A stretch of 63,821 nt of DNA, filler included, from Octopus bimaculoides (GCF_001194135.2; 7 parts of 6 records of this genome joined end to end with filler, not necessarily neighbours in it); one strand, 5' to 3'; shown: positions 23,922 to 37,684, counted from the first letter of the whole stretch. Program-made: numbers and translations. The notes: a model not told the origin generated them from the letters alone.

Positions 23922-26900
23922 CCATTTGTTTCGCACCTAGAAATTGCTAAGCTGTGTAAGCGGCTCCTCATATTCAAATGGATGATAATCAAACATTTGT
24001 CTACACCTCGGTTATATTGTTTTCCTTTTTAATCTATCATAAGTCCCGAAATAGTCGGGACAACAGTGCATCGGACTAAATTGGAGCTGAAATATCTAAA
24101 TGTGAACCTCAGAATATTCTGAGCAAGCATAATTTGCATGAAAATGAGAAACTGATCCCTTGATACAAAACAAACTCAAGATGTCTAGTAAGAGAAGCAC
24201 TAGATGAAAACTCCACGCAAATAAAACATGCTTTGAAAGTAAGTAGAAAACCACTGCATCGTTTACGGATTCTACCTACTAGAAAAAGTAACCGACTCAG
24301 CTGGATGCCATATATTACAGCCATTTATAAAAGTAGATATTTGATTTTAAAAACAGGAGATATTTATAGCTAAAATATTTTCAATTAACGCCCAGTTTAG
24401 CAAAGCATAAAATAGACTTCTAAATGCATTTATTGAAACAAGGCTTCTCATTTTTGCTGCTAGGCGTGAAATATTTTCATCACTAGAGGCGTTTCAAATT
24501 GTCGATTTTCAAGTCAGTCTCATAAGTGACAATGATAAAGAGAAATTATGCTAAAGATTGTAAGAATTATTGTTCACATTTTGTAAGTTATGAGAATATC
24601 AATAAAGCAAAATTTCTCCTTTCTGAGATAATAGTATCCATTTCATTTTTTACCTTTTAATAATTATTGATAAGCAACATCTAGCATTCGAAAAGAAAAA
24701 GAAATTTGATGAGGAATAATTGGCAGGAGATTTCTTTTGATGCGCCCGTAAAACAGGAAAACTTCAGTAAAAGTCTTAAAATATTGTTCGTTGTTATTCT
24801 TATTGTGATTTTAAATTTTGCCACAATATTCTATTCATTTGTTACGTAAAATTGCAAATTTTGGCTATATTTTCTCTTTTGTTTTCTTTTTAAAGTTACT
24901 TGATATTCTGTTTCCATTTTCTGTTTTAATATTAGAATAGCTGATTTTGAATAGGAACATTAGCGAGAAAGGATTTGTTCAAATAAACAGCTACATTAAA
25001 CCTGCTAAGTATTCTGAGATATATGGGAGTAAAATCGATATAAATTATGGTTTTTAGGACATGAATAGCTAATCATGGAAATTTGTCAAAGCATATGATG
25101 TTTGAATGAAAGCAGACCTGAAACGATATCGCTATAGCCTCATAGTTCATATAAACATCAGACCATTACATCTGGTGAAAATTCTTGCTGTAATTCGTTA
25201 CAGGTTTCTCTCTACTCTCGCGTTTGTCGCTTAAAACCCTCATGCTCAACCCTATTTAGTGTAATTTTGTTTTGATGCTTGATTGTGGCTGTTTATGAAA
25301 ATATATTTTGCATAAAAGGGTCATTTCGTAAAGTAGAAATGTCACTTTCGTCTAAATACATATCCCTATATTTGTAGTCAGGCAAAAATTATTAACATCA
25401 TATTTACAAAAGCATTACATTTATAAACTAAGCAAAATGTCTTCTGTCGGAATTGTTAAATAATCCGTGATGGTGAACTTAAAACTGGCCAGCGTCTTGA
25501 CGTTACTACATAATTTTATAAATCGATTTTACAAGCCAGAGTTTTTTGTATACATTTCGATGGAGGCACGTAGCTTATTTTATTTATTGCGAACGCTTAC
25601 GTGACACTAGAAAATACAGCAATGTCGTTGATTTCCAGGAAATTATTCATTTAAACTTTTCTCCTATGTCATTACACATGTCAGATTTAAGCGCAAGGCC
25701 AAATATTTAGAGGATTGGATTATATTATCACCTGCATTAAACTACTATTTTTTTCATTTACCTTGTGATGATATAAAGAAAAAAAGAAGTCAGACCGGTT
25801 TTGAAACCAGAGTGTAATATACCACAAATAGATACTTAAAGACAGTTCACTGATTCTACCACTTCGCCGTAAGAACCAAAGCCATATAACAAATAGTGCC
25901 TAAGACAAATCTTGCGCGACTGTACAATGCAGACTTGACCGAATATGCTTCAGCAAGTTAAATAATGTTTACTTCATTGACAAAACTATTAACTGCGGAT
26001 CTCTTTGTTGACAGTGTTGTAGTATACATATGTGATTGAGAAGTTTACTTCACATATACCTAGTTCCAGCAACTGCCTCACTATGTTACATTTTGGGCAA
26101 GTGATTACTACTGCATAATCAGAGTGTCGGATTATAAAAATGTGAGTCAAATTTGTGAGACAGAAAGCCTATCGAAAATATAGATGGACACACATACACC
26201 TGCATACATGCATGCACGCACGCACACACGTCTGCATAGAAGCATATACATACATACATACATACATACATACATAATTATATGTATAAGATTCAGTGAT
26301 CGAGATGTAGGGAGACAGTTAGCTTCAAGCAATCCGTAGTAAATATGAAAATCAACTTTCAGGGTGAATACTGCTGTATTGAGACGGAAGGTTGTGGATT
26401 TATTCGTATCGAAGTAGAATAAAGTGAAACTTTTTTTTATATTTCGCGGTAGGCGACCAGGGTTGCCAGATGTGCGAATGAGAATACAAGAGTTAAGGAA
26501 TGGAGTAGGTAAGATCCTGGTTACATATGTCTCATAGCGAGCGGAACCCCAGAGGTGGTAAATATCCAACCGAGATGTATACCACAGTCTACTCTTCAAG
26601 CCAAAGATATCTTGATTATATGAAAGTTTATATTGTCGCAAGGAGGCACATGTTAACACATGGAAGAGCATGGTAGGAGTGAAGAATATAAATGTAGAGT
26701 GAAATAAGAATTGAAAGAAGGAACCAAAGGAAAAATATAAAAGAGTGGGAGGAATGAGGAATTTAAGCAAGGTTATTTGACTGGTAGTATTCAATGGGGC
26801 TGTTTTGGCCGAACCACAGAAATTAGCAAGGGGTGTGGTATTTGAGAAAAAGATAATGTGAAGGGAAAAGGGTGGGGAAATATTTTCGAACAAGGGTGAA

Positions 26901-26924
26901 AAAAAGTGTGCTGAAGAGAAACTT

Positions 26925-27672
26925 TCCTGGAAGACTATGAGCGATTTAGAAGACCTGCCACGAGCGTCACTCCAGAAAATGTGGAGAAAATTCATCAGTC
27001 TGTACATGATGATCGTCGGAAGACAAACAACGGACATTGCTCATGTTTTTCGTCTGTCGTATGGGTCCATGCAAGCAATCCTAACATTTGAATTGAAGAT
27101 GTGGCGTGTCTCTCCCAAGTTTGTCTGGAATCTGCTGACCAGTGAGCAGAAAGAACATTGTGTCGAAGTCTGTCAAGATCTTTGTCAGCGTGCCGCTGAT
27201 CACCTATCTTTCCCGTCGACAATCACCAGTGACGGGAGTTGGGTCTACGGGTACGACCATGTGACGAAGCAGCAATTATCACAATGAAAGAGGCCTTCAT
27301 CTCCACCGAAGTATGTACCACGGAGACGCAGGTCATTGAACAGCATGTTCATCATATTCCAAAAACAACATGGTATCGCTTCTGAAACCTGCTTATTCGC
27401 CAAATTTAGTACCTGCTGAATTCCATCACTTCCCCAAGATGAAAAGGCAATGGTCGCTGTTTTAACACCGCTGTCTAGATCGAGAGCCAATCGAAGAAGG
27501 TCCTCGACTCGCACACAGAAATCGACTGCCATGTCGGATTCCAAAAGTGGCACGAAGCCTTCATGCCAGGGACCAGTTTATTGATGAGTAAAGTAACTAT
27601 TTCAAAGGAGGTGATGTTAAGTTTTTTTTATTAAACATAAGTAGTTCGTGAACTTTTTGATATCACCTGGGT
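26925..27672 (+). mobile_element. Mariner (DD34D-type) transposase remnant with internal deletion and right end
   Basis: LSYGSMQAILTFELKMWRVSPKFV..LLTSEQKEHCVEVCQDL..ITSDGSWVYGYD..TKQQ, later PAEFHHFPKMK and NYFKG. Terminus gaactttttgatatcacct..TA. Confidence 0.85.
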
Positions 27673-27679
27673 ATATATA

Positions 27680-27825
27680 TACTACTTCCATCCATAATGT
27701 TTGGTCAACCGTGGCTATTGTAGAACGTAGAACAGACTTGCCAAAGGTGCCTTGCAGTAAGATTGAAACCGGAACCACGTGGTTGGGAAGCAAGATTCTT
27801 ACCACACAACCACACCGAAGCATGG
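27680..27825 (-). mobile_element. SINE family A 5' half
   Basis: acttgccaaaggtgcc..accggaaccacgtggttgggaagcaag..ttaccacacaaccac. Confidence 0.75.
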
Positions 27826-28889
27826 AAATAATAAAAAAATGGAAAATTTTTTCCACCGAGTTGCGTGGATAATCTCTTATTCTCTTCATGAGCCAATGAA
27901 GTTTTTCGTTAAATTCTGGTCCTGATTTCATTTACAAGTAGATGTTTCGATGTAATTTGAAAAGGTGAAAAGCACTCCCCACATTATATACCTTAAATAT
28001 ACCACCACATGACAACAAAATTTTACATGATGTCATTATGATGTGAAGGGGTATGATGTTCCCCGCAAACAGCAAAAACTTCTGTAATCGTCCAAAGAGA
28101 CATCCGTTGTATACTTAAGGTAATATAAATGCTTGGTCTTTTTTTTATTTTTGATAAAATTAATTCGTCATCATGTAAGAGATCGAAATTTTGGACTTTA
28201 TAGTTAATTACATTAGCGCAATAATGTTTTGTTTAATAATTATCATTATCTAATCCAGAATAACTGCTTGCTATTTGTCACTAAAAGGAATAGAATAATG
28301 TTCAGTAATTTTCTTAAGAATTAACTGATTTGGTATAACGTAATAAATCATAAGTAATTTAATGGACATGAAGCTATAATCATTCCGTCTCCTGACGGAA
28401 TGTTTATAGCCTCGTTGGTGGAACTTGAACCACGTGCCTAACACTTGGTGAGCATTATGCGGGAAGTCTGCCACGCCGTACTTTCAAATTTATGATTAAA
28501 TGCCATAATTAGATTCTACTACATTAATTATGCTATTTTATCTCAATAATACAATTTATCAGAGATCAATTAGGCTATTATATTGGCCAATTTCTGTGTT
28601 AGTGAAATATTCAACCTTAGTCCCATGCGCATGATGAGATATATTGTAACGAAACAATGTAACGAAACATTCGGTTTACGCTAATTAATCAGCACTTAAT
28701 TAAAATCATCATCTTTCACCATACTAAATGTATATATACCGTTAGAAAGCATCAAACTGTGGGATTGTCTGAGATAAAATATCTTCAGAGATTTCTTCTG
28801 CTAAAAATCAGAACGACAGACGCTTTTAGCTATTGTCGAAGTTTGTCAATACCGTGTACAATGTTGTTACAAGCTCTACTCTTTTATTC

Positions 28890-29288
28890 TTGCTCTTTTA
28901 CTTGTTTCAGTCATTTGACTGCGGCCATGCTGGAGCACCACCTTTTAGTCGAGCCAATCGACCCCAGGACATATTCTTTGGAAGCCTAGTAGTTATTATA
29001 TCAGTCTCTTTTGCCGAACCGCTAAGTTACGGGAACGTAAACACACCACCATCGGTTGTCAAGTGATGCTGGGGGGACAAGCACAGACACAAACATATAC
29101 ACACACATACATATATACATATACATATATATACGACGGGCTTCTTTCATTTTCCGTCCACGAAATCCGCTCACAAGGCTTTGGTCGGCCCGAGGTTATA
29201 GTAGAAGACACTTGCCCAAGGTGCCACGCGATGGGAATAAACCTGGAACCATGTGGTTGGTAAGCAAACTACTTACCACACAGCCACA
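28890..29288 (-). mobile_element. SINE family A, full length, with internal (TA/CA) microsatellite
   Basis: Head, CORE-like segment, internal microsatellite and tail all present. Matches 61945-62365. Confidence 0.9.
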
Positions 29289-31108
29289 ATTCATGTTTTC
29301 GATACAGAGGAATTAAATATTCACTGGTATTGAGGAAGCTTTCAGAAAAACTGAATATACGCAATTGAAATAGCGTGAAATCAGGATTGCTTCTATCGTT
29401 CTCGTGAATCCCTGCAGACAAATTTAGTATAATACACATTTGGCGATATTACAAATTAATTAAACCTATTGTTAAGCTAATTATGAAATTGGTGTATGTA
29501 AATAGCATTAAATATTATAAACGTAAATAATCGAGAGAGGCAAACATATACCCCTCCACTCAGTAATAATCGCGTATTTGTTGATTCCCGAGCAAAAGCA
29601 CTAATAATAATTCAAGCCACTTGACAATCCTTCTTTCTCTCTTTACATTACGTGTTATTAGATGCTACCAGCTTAGACTCCTCTGCTAATGCAGGGAGAC
29701 TCCAATGCTAACAAAACAAAAGAGGCACATTACTGATTCTAATTTGAGGAAAAGTCTAGGCTGACATACTTTATTTAGGCGGTAGCAGAGTTCGCCAAAT
29801 AACTGAAATGTAGAGGTTCAAATCCCATTTGTTGTTTTGTTTATTAGTTTCAGCTACGAAATGATGCTTTGTGAAACCGATTAAATGGAGACGAGAAGGA
29901 TATATCTTATGTATATCTTTAGAAATTTTAGCTAGATGCAAGTGTCATCTGGTAGCTGTAAGTATGATATCTAAATTAATGAGACAGATGGCTAAAGAAC
30001 TCTGAATGATTTATTTGTAGCACAACGAAAAAATATTTGTTCGTGTATTGCCTTTAAGGCAGGAAAAAGAAAATAAACTATAAAAAATCTCGTTTTATAT
30101 TTCCTGTATATTTCCTACATCCTCCTTTTAATATGCAGCCATTCATAAACAATATTGTATTTTCTGTAACAAAACTAGACTTCTCTACTTTTAAGAAAAT
30201 GAAGTAAGAAATATAGAGTAGCATCAGTTCACAAAGTAAAATAATGTGGGTATAGCTTCAGATTGATATTAAAACTGTGTGATAAACTTGCCTCCTATCT
30301 TACTCGTATATCTGTTGCTTAAGTGAAAAGTAAGAAACCACATATTCATAGAAAAGCCTATGATTGAAATAATCGACCTCATTGTATCTGATACATATTT
30401 TAAGGCTACCAAGTGGCGTAATATTAAAATATATCCTAGAATTAGAAATCGGAATATAAATAGATCTAGTTTATCCTTGTATATTTTTACACAAGTTAAA
30501 CAGCCAATAAACCGCAATATCTATTTTTTCATGCAATCTCTACAGGTAGCATAGAGTTATCTTTTCTGTTTGGCACTGTTTTATATTAACGGAAATAAAT
30601 ATTTTTAAAAAATAGTTGCAATATCATTGAGGATTCTAATATTAGTTATAGAGACATATTGTTTAATATTAGTTTGTTTCTTTTTCTATTAAAAACTAGA
30701 TGTTTCCAGACATTTTTACATTAACATGGCAAACATATTCAATGTATTTTTATTTACGTCGGCAGAGAGCTTTGTATTTTAGACAAACAGATATTTTCAC
30801 TGGGAAAAAATCGTGCATTTCCGTTGTTGGCGCCTTCAACAAGAGAACGTTCTTTGTTTTCGTTTTTTCTTGCTGTTTGTTGTTGTTTTTTTTTTTTTTT
30901 GGCAGTGAAGATTCCATTTATAGTTTAGACATCAGAAAGTTGGATACTTCAAAACCATGTGTTAAGCAAAGTGCGATTTTTTAAAACAAAAATACTCAGA
31001 GTAATTGCGTAGTATTATGTTGACGTGAAATATTTTGAAACACAAAAGCAAATGCTCGGAAATATTTTACCTGCTATACAATTATCTGTATATATATACA
31101 TGTATATG

Positions 31109-31157
<49 letters not shown>

Positions 31158-31755
31158 TTATCTATATATATNNNNNNNNNNNNNNNNNNNNNNNNNNNNN
31201 NNNNNNNNNNNNNNNNNNNNNNNNNNNNNNNNNNNNNNNNNNNNNNNNNNNNNNNNNNNNNNNNNNNNNNNNNNNNNNNNNNNNNNNNNNNNNNNNNNNN
31301 NNNNNNNNNNNNNNNNNNNNNNNNNNNNNNNNNNNNNNNNNNNNNNNNNNNNNNNNNNNNNNNNNNNNNNNNNNNNNNNNNNNNNNNNNNNNNNNNNNNN
31401 NNNNNNNNNNNNNNNNNNNNNNNNNNNNNNNNNNNNNNNNNNNNNNNNNNNNNNNNNNNNNNNNNNNNNNNNNNNNNNNNNNNNNNNNNNNNNNNNNNNN
31501 NNNNNNNNNNNNNNNNNNNNNNNNNNNNNNNNNNNNNNNNNNNNNNNNNNNNNNNNNNNNNNNNNNNNNNNNNNNNNNNNNNNNNNNNNNNNNNNNNNNN
31601 NNNNNNNNNNNNNNNNNNNNNNNNNNNNNNNNNNNNNNNNNNNNNNNNNNNNNNNNNNNNNNNNNNNNNNNNNNNNNNNNNNNNNNNNNNNNNNNNNNNN
31701 NNNNNNNNNNNNNNNNNNNNNNNNNNNNNNNNNNNNNNNNNNNNNNNNNNNNNNN

Positions 31756-32046
31756 NGATGAAATAGAGGAGGGAAAAGAATATGTCTACCTGGGACAGGA
31801 AGTGAATATGTACCGAGACATCGAAGAGATCTCGCGGAGAATAGGGGCCGGATGGAAGGCGTTTAATGACATAAGGGATGTGCTCAAATGTAGGTTGGAC
31901 AGGACCAACCGCGCCAGCCTCATAAACAGCACAGTCCTACCTTCAATGTTATATGGTAGTGAAACATGGGCTACAACAAAGAGAGAAGAGTAGAGATTGG
32001 TAACGGTTCAAAGAGCCATGGAGAGGTCAATGCTTGGAATCTCGTT

Positions 32047-32047
<1 letters not shown>
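31756..32047 (+). mobile_element. RTE-clade LINE RT/thumb fragment
   Basis: EYVYLGQEV..EISRRIGAGWKAF..NSTVLPSMLYGSETWATTKREE*RLVTVQRAMERSMLGISL. Confidence 0.9.
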
Positions 32048-32081
<34 letters not shown>

Positions 32082-32386
32082 TTACTACATAAAGGCCACC
32101 AACTGCGTACCCGTACATGCATCTATCTATACATACATACATAAATATATACATACATACAAACACACAAACACACTCAGATACAAACACACATATGCAT
32201 ACACACACATATACACACATACGTACATACATTCATAAATATACATACATATAAGCGTACACATACATACACACATTCATATATACATACATATTTACAG
32301 ACATACATACGCACATACAGTCATCCTTACATACGCAGATACATGCAAATATACACATACAAAGATATCTACATATATATACATGC

Positions 32387-32778
32387 CAGGGGCGTACGGC
32401 TTAGGTTGGCAGCGTAGGCAGTGCCTACCTTGAATAAAACAAATGATAGCAACATGGCAAAAGATGCACCTAATTCAATAAAATTATGAAGGTTAGTCTG
32501 ATTACTATGCATAAACTTCAAAATGTTTTATATTTTTGTAGATGAGGTAGGCATATTTTGCCCCTGCTTTTCAATCTCAGTTTTAAAGCTGCGAATAATA
32601 CTGCTGTAGTACACGTTCTGGGTACATTTCTACAACATCGCTTTCTTTATGTGCTATAAAGGCAAAAATAGATCTGCCTTCAACTTAGTCGCGCGGACTG
32701 TTTCGCTTATATTTTGTGTTTTACTACATAATGCAAACCTACTGCCTACCCTGAGTAATTACTGACAGCACATGCCTG
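32387..32778. mobile_element. Possible hAT-type MITE
   Basis: CAGG...CCTG termini, inverted subterminal GTAGGCAGT, flanks atacatgc/atgtatgc (6/8 match). Confidence 0.4.
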
Positions 32779-34084
32779 ATGTATGCATAAATGCGCGTAT
32801 GCATGCATACATGCATACGTACGTAGTACTTATGTACATAGAAGTCGGCTGCACAGGATTTAGAGCAATGCCATTGCCTAATTTTTCTGTTATACATGAG
32901 CTATACATGAGCAATAAGTGTGTAATTTTTCTGTCCTCTTCCCAGGGAACTTCTGCACTGATCAGAAAACAATGGACGCAAGATAAATCCTTAATTTATT
33001 AAAAATAACTACATTTTAAAATGAATGAACCCAACTGCGACTGACATCAACTGGAAAGGTCAGATAACCTCAAGAATCAAGAATTGACCGCAATTTAAGT
33101 GCCTGAAAATAAAAGTAAAGACAATTTGACAGGGAGCCAAAAAGAGTACAGTTACAGACGCGAGCTACTTTCCCAACAGCCGTCATCAGGAATGTGGCCG
33201 GGCTGCCTTGAATCCAGTAGGTTAGATAATCATTCACAATTTCAAGTAATTTACATAATTTCTATGAAAATGGACTAAGAGAAAAATATGTATGTGTGTA
33301 ACAATACGTATGCGTGTGTATGTGTGCATGTGTTTGTGCATGCATGTTCGAGTGAGTGCTTTTACATATAATTATATAGAGAGAGGAAGAGAGAGACGGA
33401 GAGGGAGAAATAGTGAAATAAAGAACCACACAGACAATATTTCATTTCTCATTCCTTCACTATACTAACTATGGTAGTATATATTATCTGTCAGTTCTCA
33501 TTTAGAACTTTCTTAGAATATCTGGACACCACCTTATTGATTTAAACTTAAAACATCGCTTTATATTAGAATTATTTTCAGTAAAATTGTATTGAATATT
33601 CAAATGCATATTCTGGTAACATTGCGAAACGCATTTACTTCCTACAACGATGAAGAACATTACATAAATCAGACAAGTGAATTCAAGTTTTATAAGTTTA
33701 CTGTATTGTTTATATAGCGACAGTTGAATATGTGCTAAATTCCAGTTAAACGTATAATTTCTTTTGACTTTAGTGCAACGCTTAGAAGACACATTTGAAT
33801 ATTCAGGGGAATTTATACTGGGTTTGATGATAATTAAGTATGACGTTTAGCATTTGAAATCAATAAATTACTGCTGAGGGTTTTGGGGAAATATTGCTCT
33901 TAAACAATCCCACGTATATGTGTGTGGGGGGGTTGGGGGTTGGTGTGGGTGTGTGTGTGTATGTATGTATGTGTGTATTTCGCATGTAATTTAAGCTGAT
34001 TTATACACACACACACACACACACACACTCTAAACCCTACACTCGCTCACAAAAACAAGGCAAATATTCAGACGTGTGCGCGTA

Positions 34085-34128
<44 letters not shown>

Positions 34129-34585
34129 CGTGCGCACGCGCGTGTGAATGTGTGTGTCAGTGTGTGTGCGCGTATGTCTGTATAGACACCCTACACTGGG
34201 TGAAATATTTAGTTTTTAGGTATACTTTTCATGTATACCTTTTTTTCTCTACTTACCTCAGAATTTATTACGTTTTCTTGCGAGAATTATATCCCCAAAT
34301 TCAAGCACTTCTAATTAATTTAATTACTCTATACCAGTATCTCCCAAAGTGTGCGGCACTGCACCCACGGGGGGAGTGGATTGATACAGGGAGAGGCAGT
34401 GAGGAGATGTGGGATGATAAGATAGTAATGGGGTGGCCAAAACGATGTAAAAGCAACAAAATAATGTTATGGTACTACGTTTGGACTAATAATGAAACCA
34501 TTCACTGTTTTATCAGTGAATTTCTGGCTGTTGACAATGGTGTAAATACACCTAGTTCAGTTTGCACTGACCCTTCAACCGGTGT

Positions 34586-34632
34586 CTGTGACTGAAGAGA
34601 AGATAACTATTCCGAAATGCTGCATTTCACAG
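34586..34632 (+). ncRNA. Minimal type I hammerhead-like motif
   Basis: Helix I CTGTGA/TCACAG, core CTGAAGA, GAAA, helix III ATGC-T-GCAT, AUU site at 34626. Helix II imperfect. Confidence 0.6.
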
Positions 34633-34677
34633 TCTGGAAAGTAGGCGCTGCGAAATGGTCTAAGTGTATGTAGGCTA

Positions 34678-35218
34678 TTCTTTTACTCTTTTATTCTTTT
34701 ATTTGTTTCTGTCATTTGACTGCGATCATGCTGGGGCATCGTCTTTAGTCGAACATATCTACCCCAGAAGTTATTCTTTAAAAGCCTAATACTTATTCTA
34801 TCAGTGTCCTTTGCTGAACCGCTAGGTGACGCGTGACGGAAACACACCAGCATCGGATGTCAAGCCATTGTGTGGGTACAATCACAGACACACAAACACT
34901 CAAACATACCTACACACATGCTGAGACCCGCTTCGGTCATGACTGACCATGGGATTGCACCTACAAAGTTACCCTCCCAGGCACGTAAGCTCGACGCTCT
35001 AACCATTGAGCCATGCGCCTTCACATAATACCTACATACATACATACATATATATGTGCATATATATACGACGGTCTTCTTTGAGTTTCCCTCTACCAAA
35101 TCAACTCACAAAGCTTTAGTCGGTCCGAGGCTATTCAGAGACACTTGCCCAAGGTGCCACGCAGTGGGACTGAACCAGGAACCATGTAGTTGGTAAGCAA
35201 GCAACTTACCACACAGAC
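34678..35218 (-). mobile_element. SINE family A, full length, with other SINE pieces nested in its microsatellite (~34915-35025)
   Basis: Collinear with 28890-29288 apart from a ~110-bp insert that includes a family E head. Confidence 0.85.
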
Positions 35219-35992
35219 ACACCTGCGTCAACAGCGAGAAATTTTCTCCATGACAAAACAGTGCCACAAGCATGTTTGAACAGGTAATAACATTGCATTT
35301 ATACATATCAGAACTTAACGCTCCTACATCGAAACAAAGTAATGAATTAATTGTGTTCAGTTTTATTTCTGAAATATAGTTGTTTTGAATTTGCTGTAGA
35401 AAGTGGTCTATGTTTGCGGTGGTGAGTGGGTGGACGCTAGGAATATGAGCCGGGTGCCAAGGGAGCAGCAGCTTCAAAAAGTTTAGAAACCACTGCTCAG
35501 TAATCTACTTATATTTATATTATTAGATAATGGCGCAAATGGTCTATACCCGGTTGTAAGCTACCAGGGTAAAGCACAATCACTTTCACCGCGTTCGTTC
35601 ACGGTTATATTTAATGCTTTTTCTGTTGCATTCTGTGTTCATTTCTTTTTGCATCAGTTATTTTTAGTATCGATTTTCTATATAAATGAATCTATATCCT
35701 TTAATTTGCTGCTTTTCTTTACACGGACTTAGAAGTAAAAGTGATGAGCTGTTATTTTAACGTGTTATATCTATGTATCACTCGAAGAGACACATTTGCA
35801 CCGTTGGATACCTTGAACCAGTTGTTAAGTATCCCACCCATGAAGGATAAATTCCAGATGGGTCGGAAAAATTGTTGTGATTAATAAAAATTCACGTATT
35901 TTCCATCTTCTGCCACTCATTAACCATATATATATATATATATAGGAGATGTACTTGCATAGCAAGTGACCTGATCTGAGATCGTGTGCTGC

Positions 35993-36183
35993 AACGAAAA
36001 CAATTGCAGCGTGGAAGGTGTTTATAAGCCATTTAAGAAACACACAAAACCCATTAGATTCACTTCAACATTTAAATTTAATTTGCCATGGCAAATTAAA
36101 TTTAAATGTTGAAATAAATCTAACGGCTTTTGTGTGTTTCTTAAATGGCTTATAAACATTTCCACGCTGGAATTGTTTTTGTT
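35993..36183. repeat. ~190-bp near-perfect spacerless palindrome
   Basis: Centre CCA|TGG at 36088/36089. Arms differ at about 8 positions. Confidence 0.9.
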
Positions 36184-36301
36184 CTATATATATATATATA
36201 TNNNNNNNNNNNNNNNNNNNNNNNNNNNNNNNNNNNNNNNNNNNNTTAATTAATTAANNNNNNNNNNNNNNNNNNNNNNNNNNNNNNNNNNNNNNNNNNN
36301 N

Positions 36302-36351
<50 letters not shown>

Positions 36352-36867
36352 TGTATGTATGTATGTATATATGTATGTATGCGCTTATAAGTGAATTGGT
36401 CTGTATTTCTGTATTTGTGTGCATTTGTATGAACAACGAAAAAATATCTATAAAGTTAGCATCGTATTGCCCTGTAATTTACCCTCTTAAAAGCTAGTCC
36501 CGAACCAAAGAATGGAATGTTTCTTAGAATGCTGTCAATAGGAAAATGTGGAAAATGTATTAAGATAAATCATACTGAAGTTCAGAGTTTATCTGCGTTG
36601 TTTTCATTCATATCCTTTCGTTTTGCAAAGTTTATTTGACTGTATAGTGTCACCACTACCAATATTACATGGAAATATTTTCGCACATAAAGACTTATAA
36701 ATATATGAGTGCATATATTTACTTATGTTGTGTATATATGATTTTATATATACGTATCCACATATAGACATGCACTCTAGCTATCAACAGACGCAGATAC
36801 ACACGTAAATACGTACATGTATGCATACATACATATAAATAACCCCCTCTACAAATATATATTTGCA

Positions 36868-36961
<94 letters not shown>

Positions 36962-37684
36962 TGTTTGTGTACTGCGCCATGCTTGAGGAAAACTATATTA
37001 AATATATAGAAATCACATACCACTGGATCCAAGCATGTGGAACAATGTATTTGTATTTATAAAACAGTACAATTTAAATAATATCCTGGACTACCATTGC
37101 TTTCACACTCTCGTTCTTTTGACCATGCTTAACACTGAATGATATAGAAAATCTTGAAAATTATTTTGAAAACAATATTTTCTAAACTCTAGCTTCTGTG
37201 AAGGTGACTGACTCAAGCTTCGAAACTTTGTATTATTTTACTATGAAATGTCTGTGGTAATATTGAAATTACTGAAAAAAACATGTATCTTTTAAAAGTT
37301 GAGGTAAGTAAATATTTGCCACTAAGGGCGATCAATCTTCGTCAGTGGGGCACATAGTATGGATAGTGGAAGTAGAAGGCAGATATAAGAAGGAAAAATA
37401 ATATAAGTGAATGATAGAAGCAGGAAAAAGTGGAAAGAGCAAAGAAAGTCTAAAGTAATGCAATATCAACCATATGTTTGTAGCTTCATAAAGGCAGCAT
37501 TTCCTTGTTGCGGAATTTCAGTTTCCTCATTTGCTTAATACGTGCTTTTGAAAGTATTTGCATTTTATGAATATATCTGTATCGGTGCTTAAGAAGATTA
37601 CTTGATTATAACGATTTCGAAAAATTTATGCATACATACATACATACATACATACATACATACATACATACATACATACAACTA

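Larger units (their letters stand above)
34335..35495. mobile_element. Possible hAT-Charlie-like non-autonomous element hosting nested inserts
   Basis: Left CAGTATCTCCCAAAG, right TTTAGAAACCACTG. TSD not convincing. Confidence 0.35.

Noticed and set aside
24111-24238. Plus-strand exon with a strong gtaagt donor
   Set aside because: The best frame has an internal stop and there is no homology. It could be non-coding but is unsupported.
26147-27037. 296-aa minus-strand ORF
   Set aside because: Antisense to a purine-rich tract and to the mariner remnant, ends in a microsatellite, and has no recognisable motif. Pyrimidine-rich strands lack stops by composition.
33160-33200. Minus-strand CTGATGA...GAAA hammerhead candidate
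   Set aside because: Helices I and II do not pair convincingly. The core spacing alone can occur by chance.
37310-37355. Minus-strand CTGACGA with a short hairpin
   Set aside because: No GAAA, so the core is incomplete.
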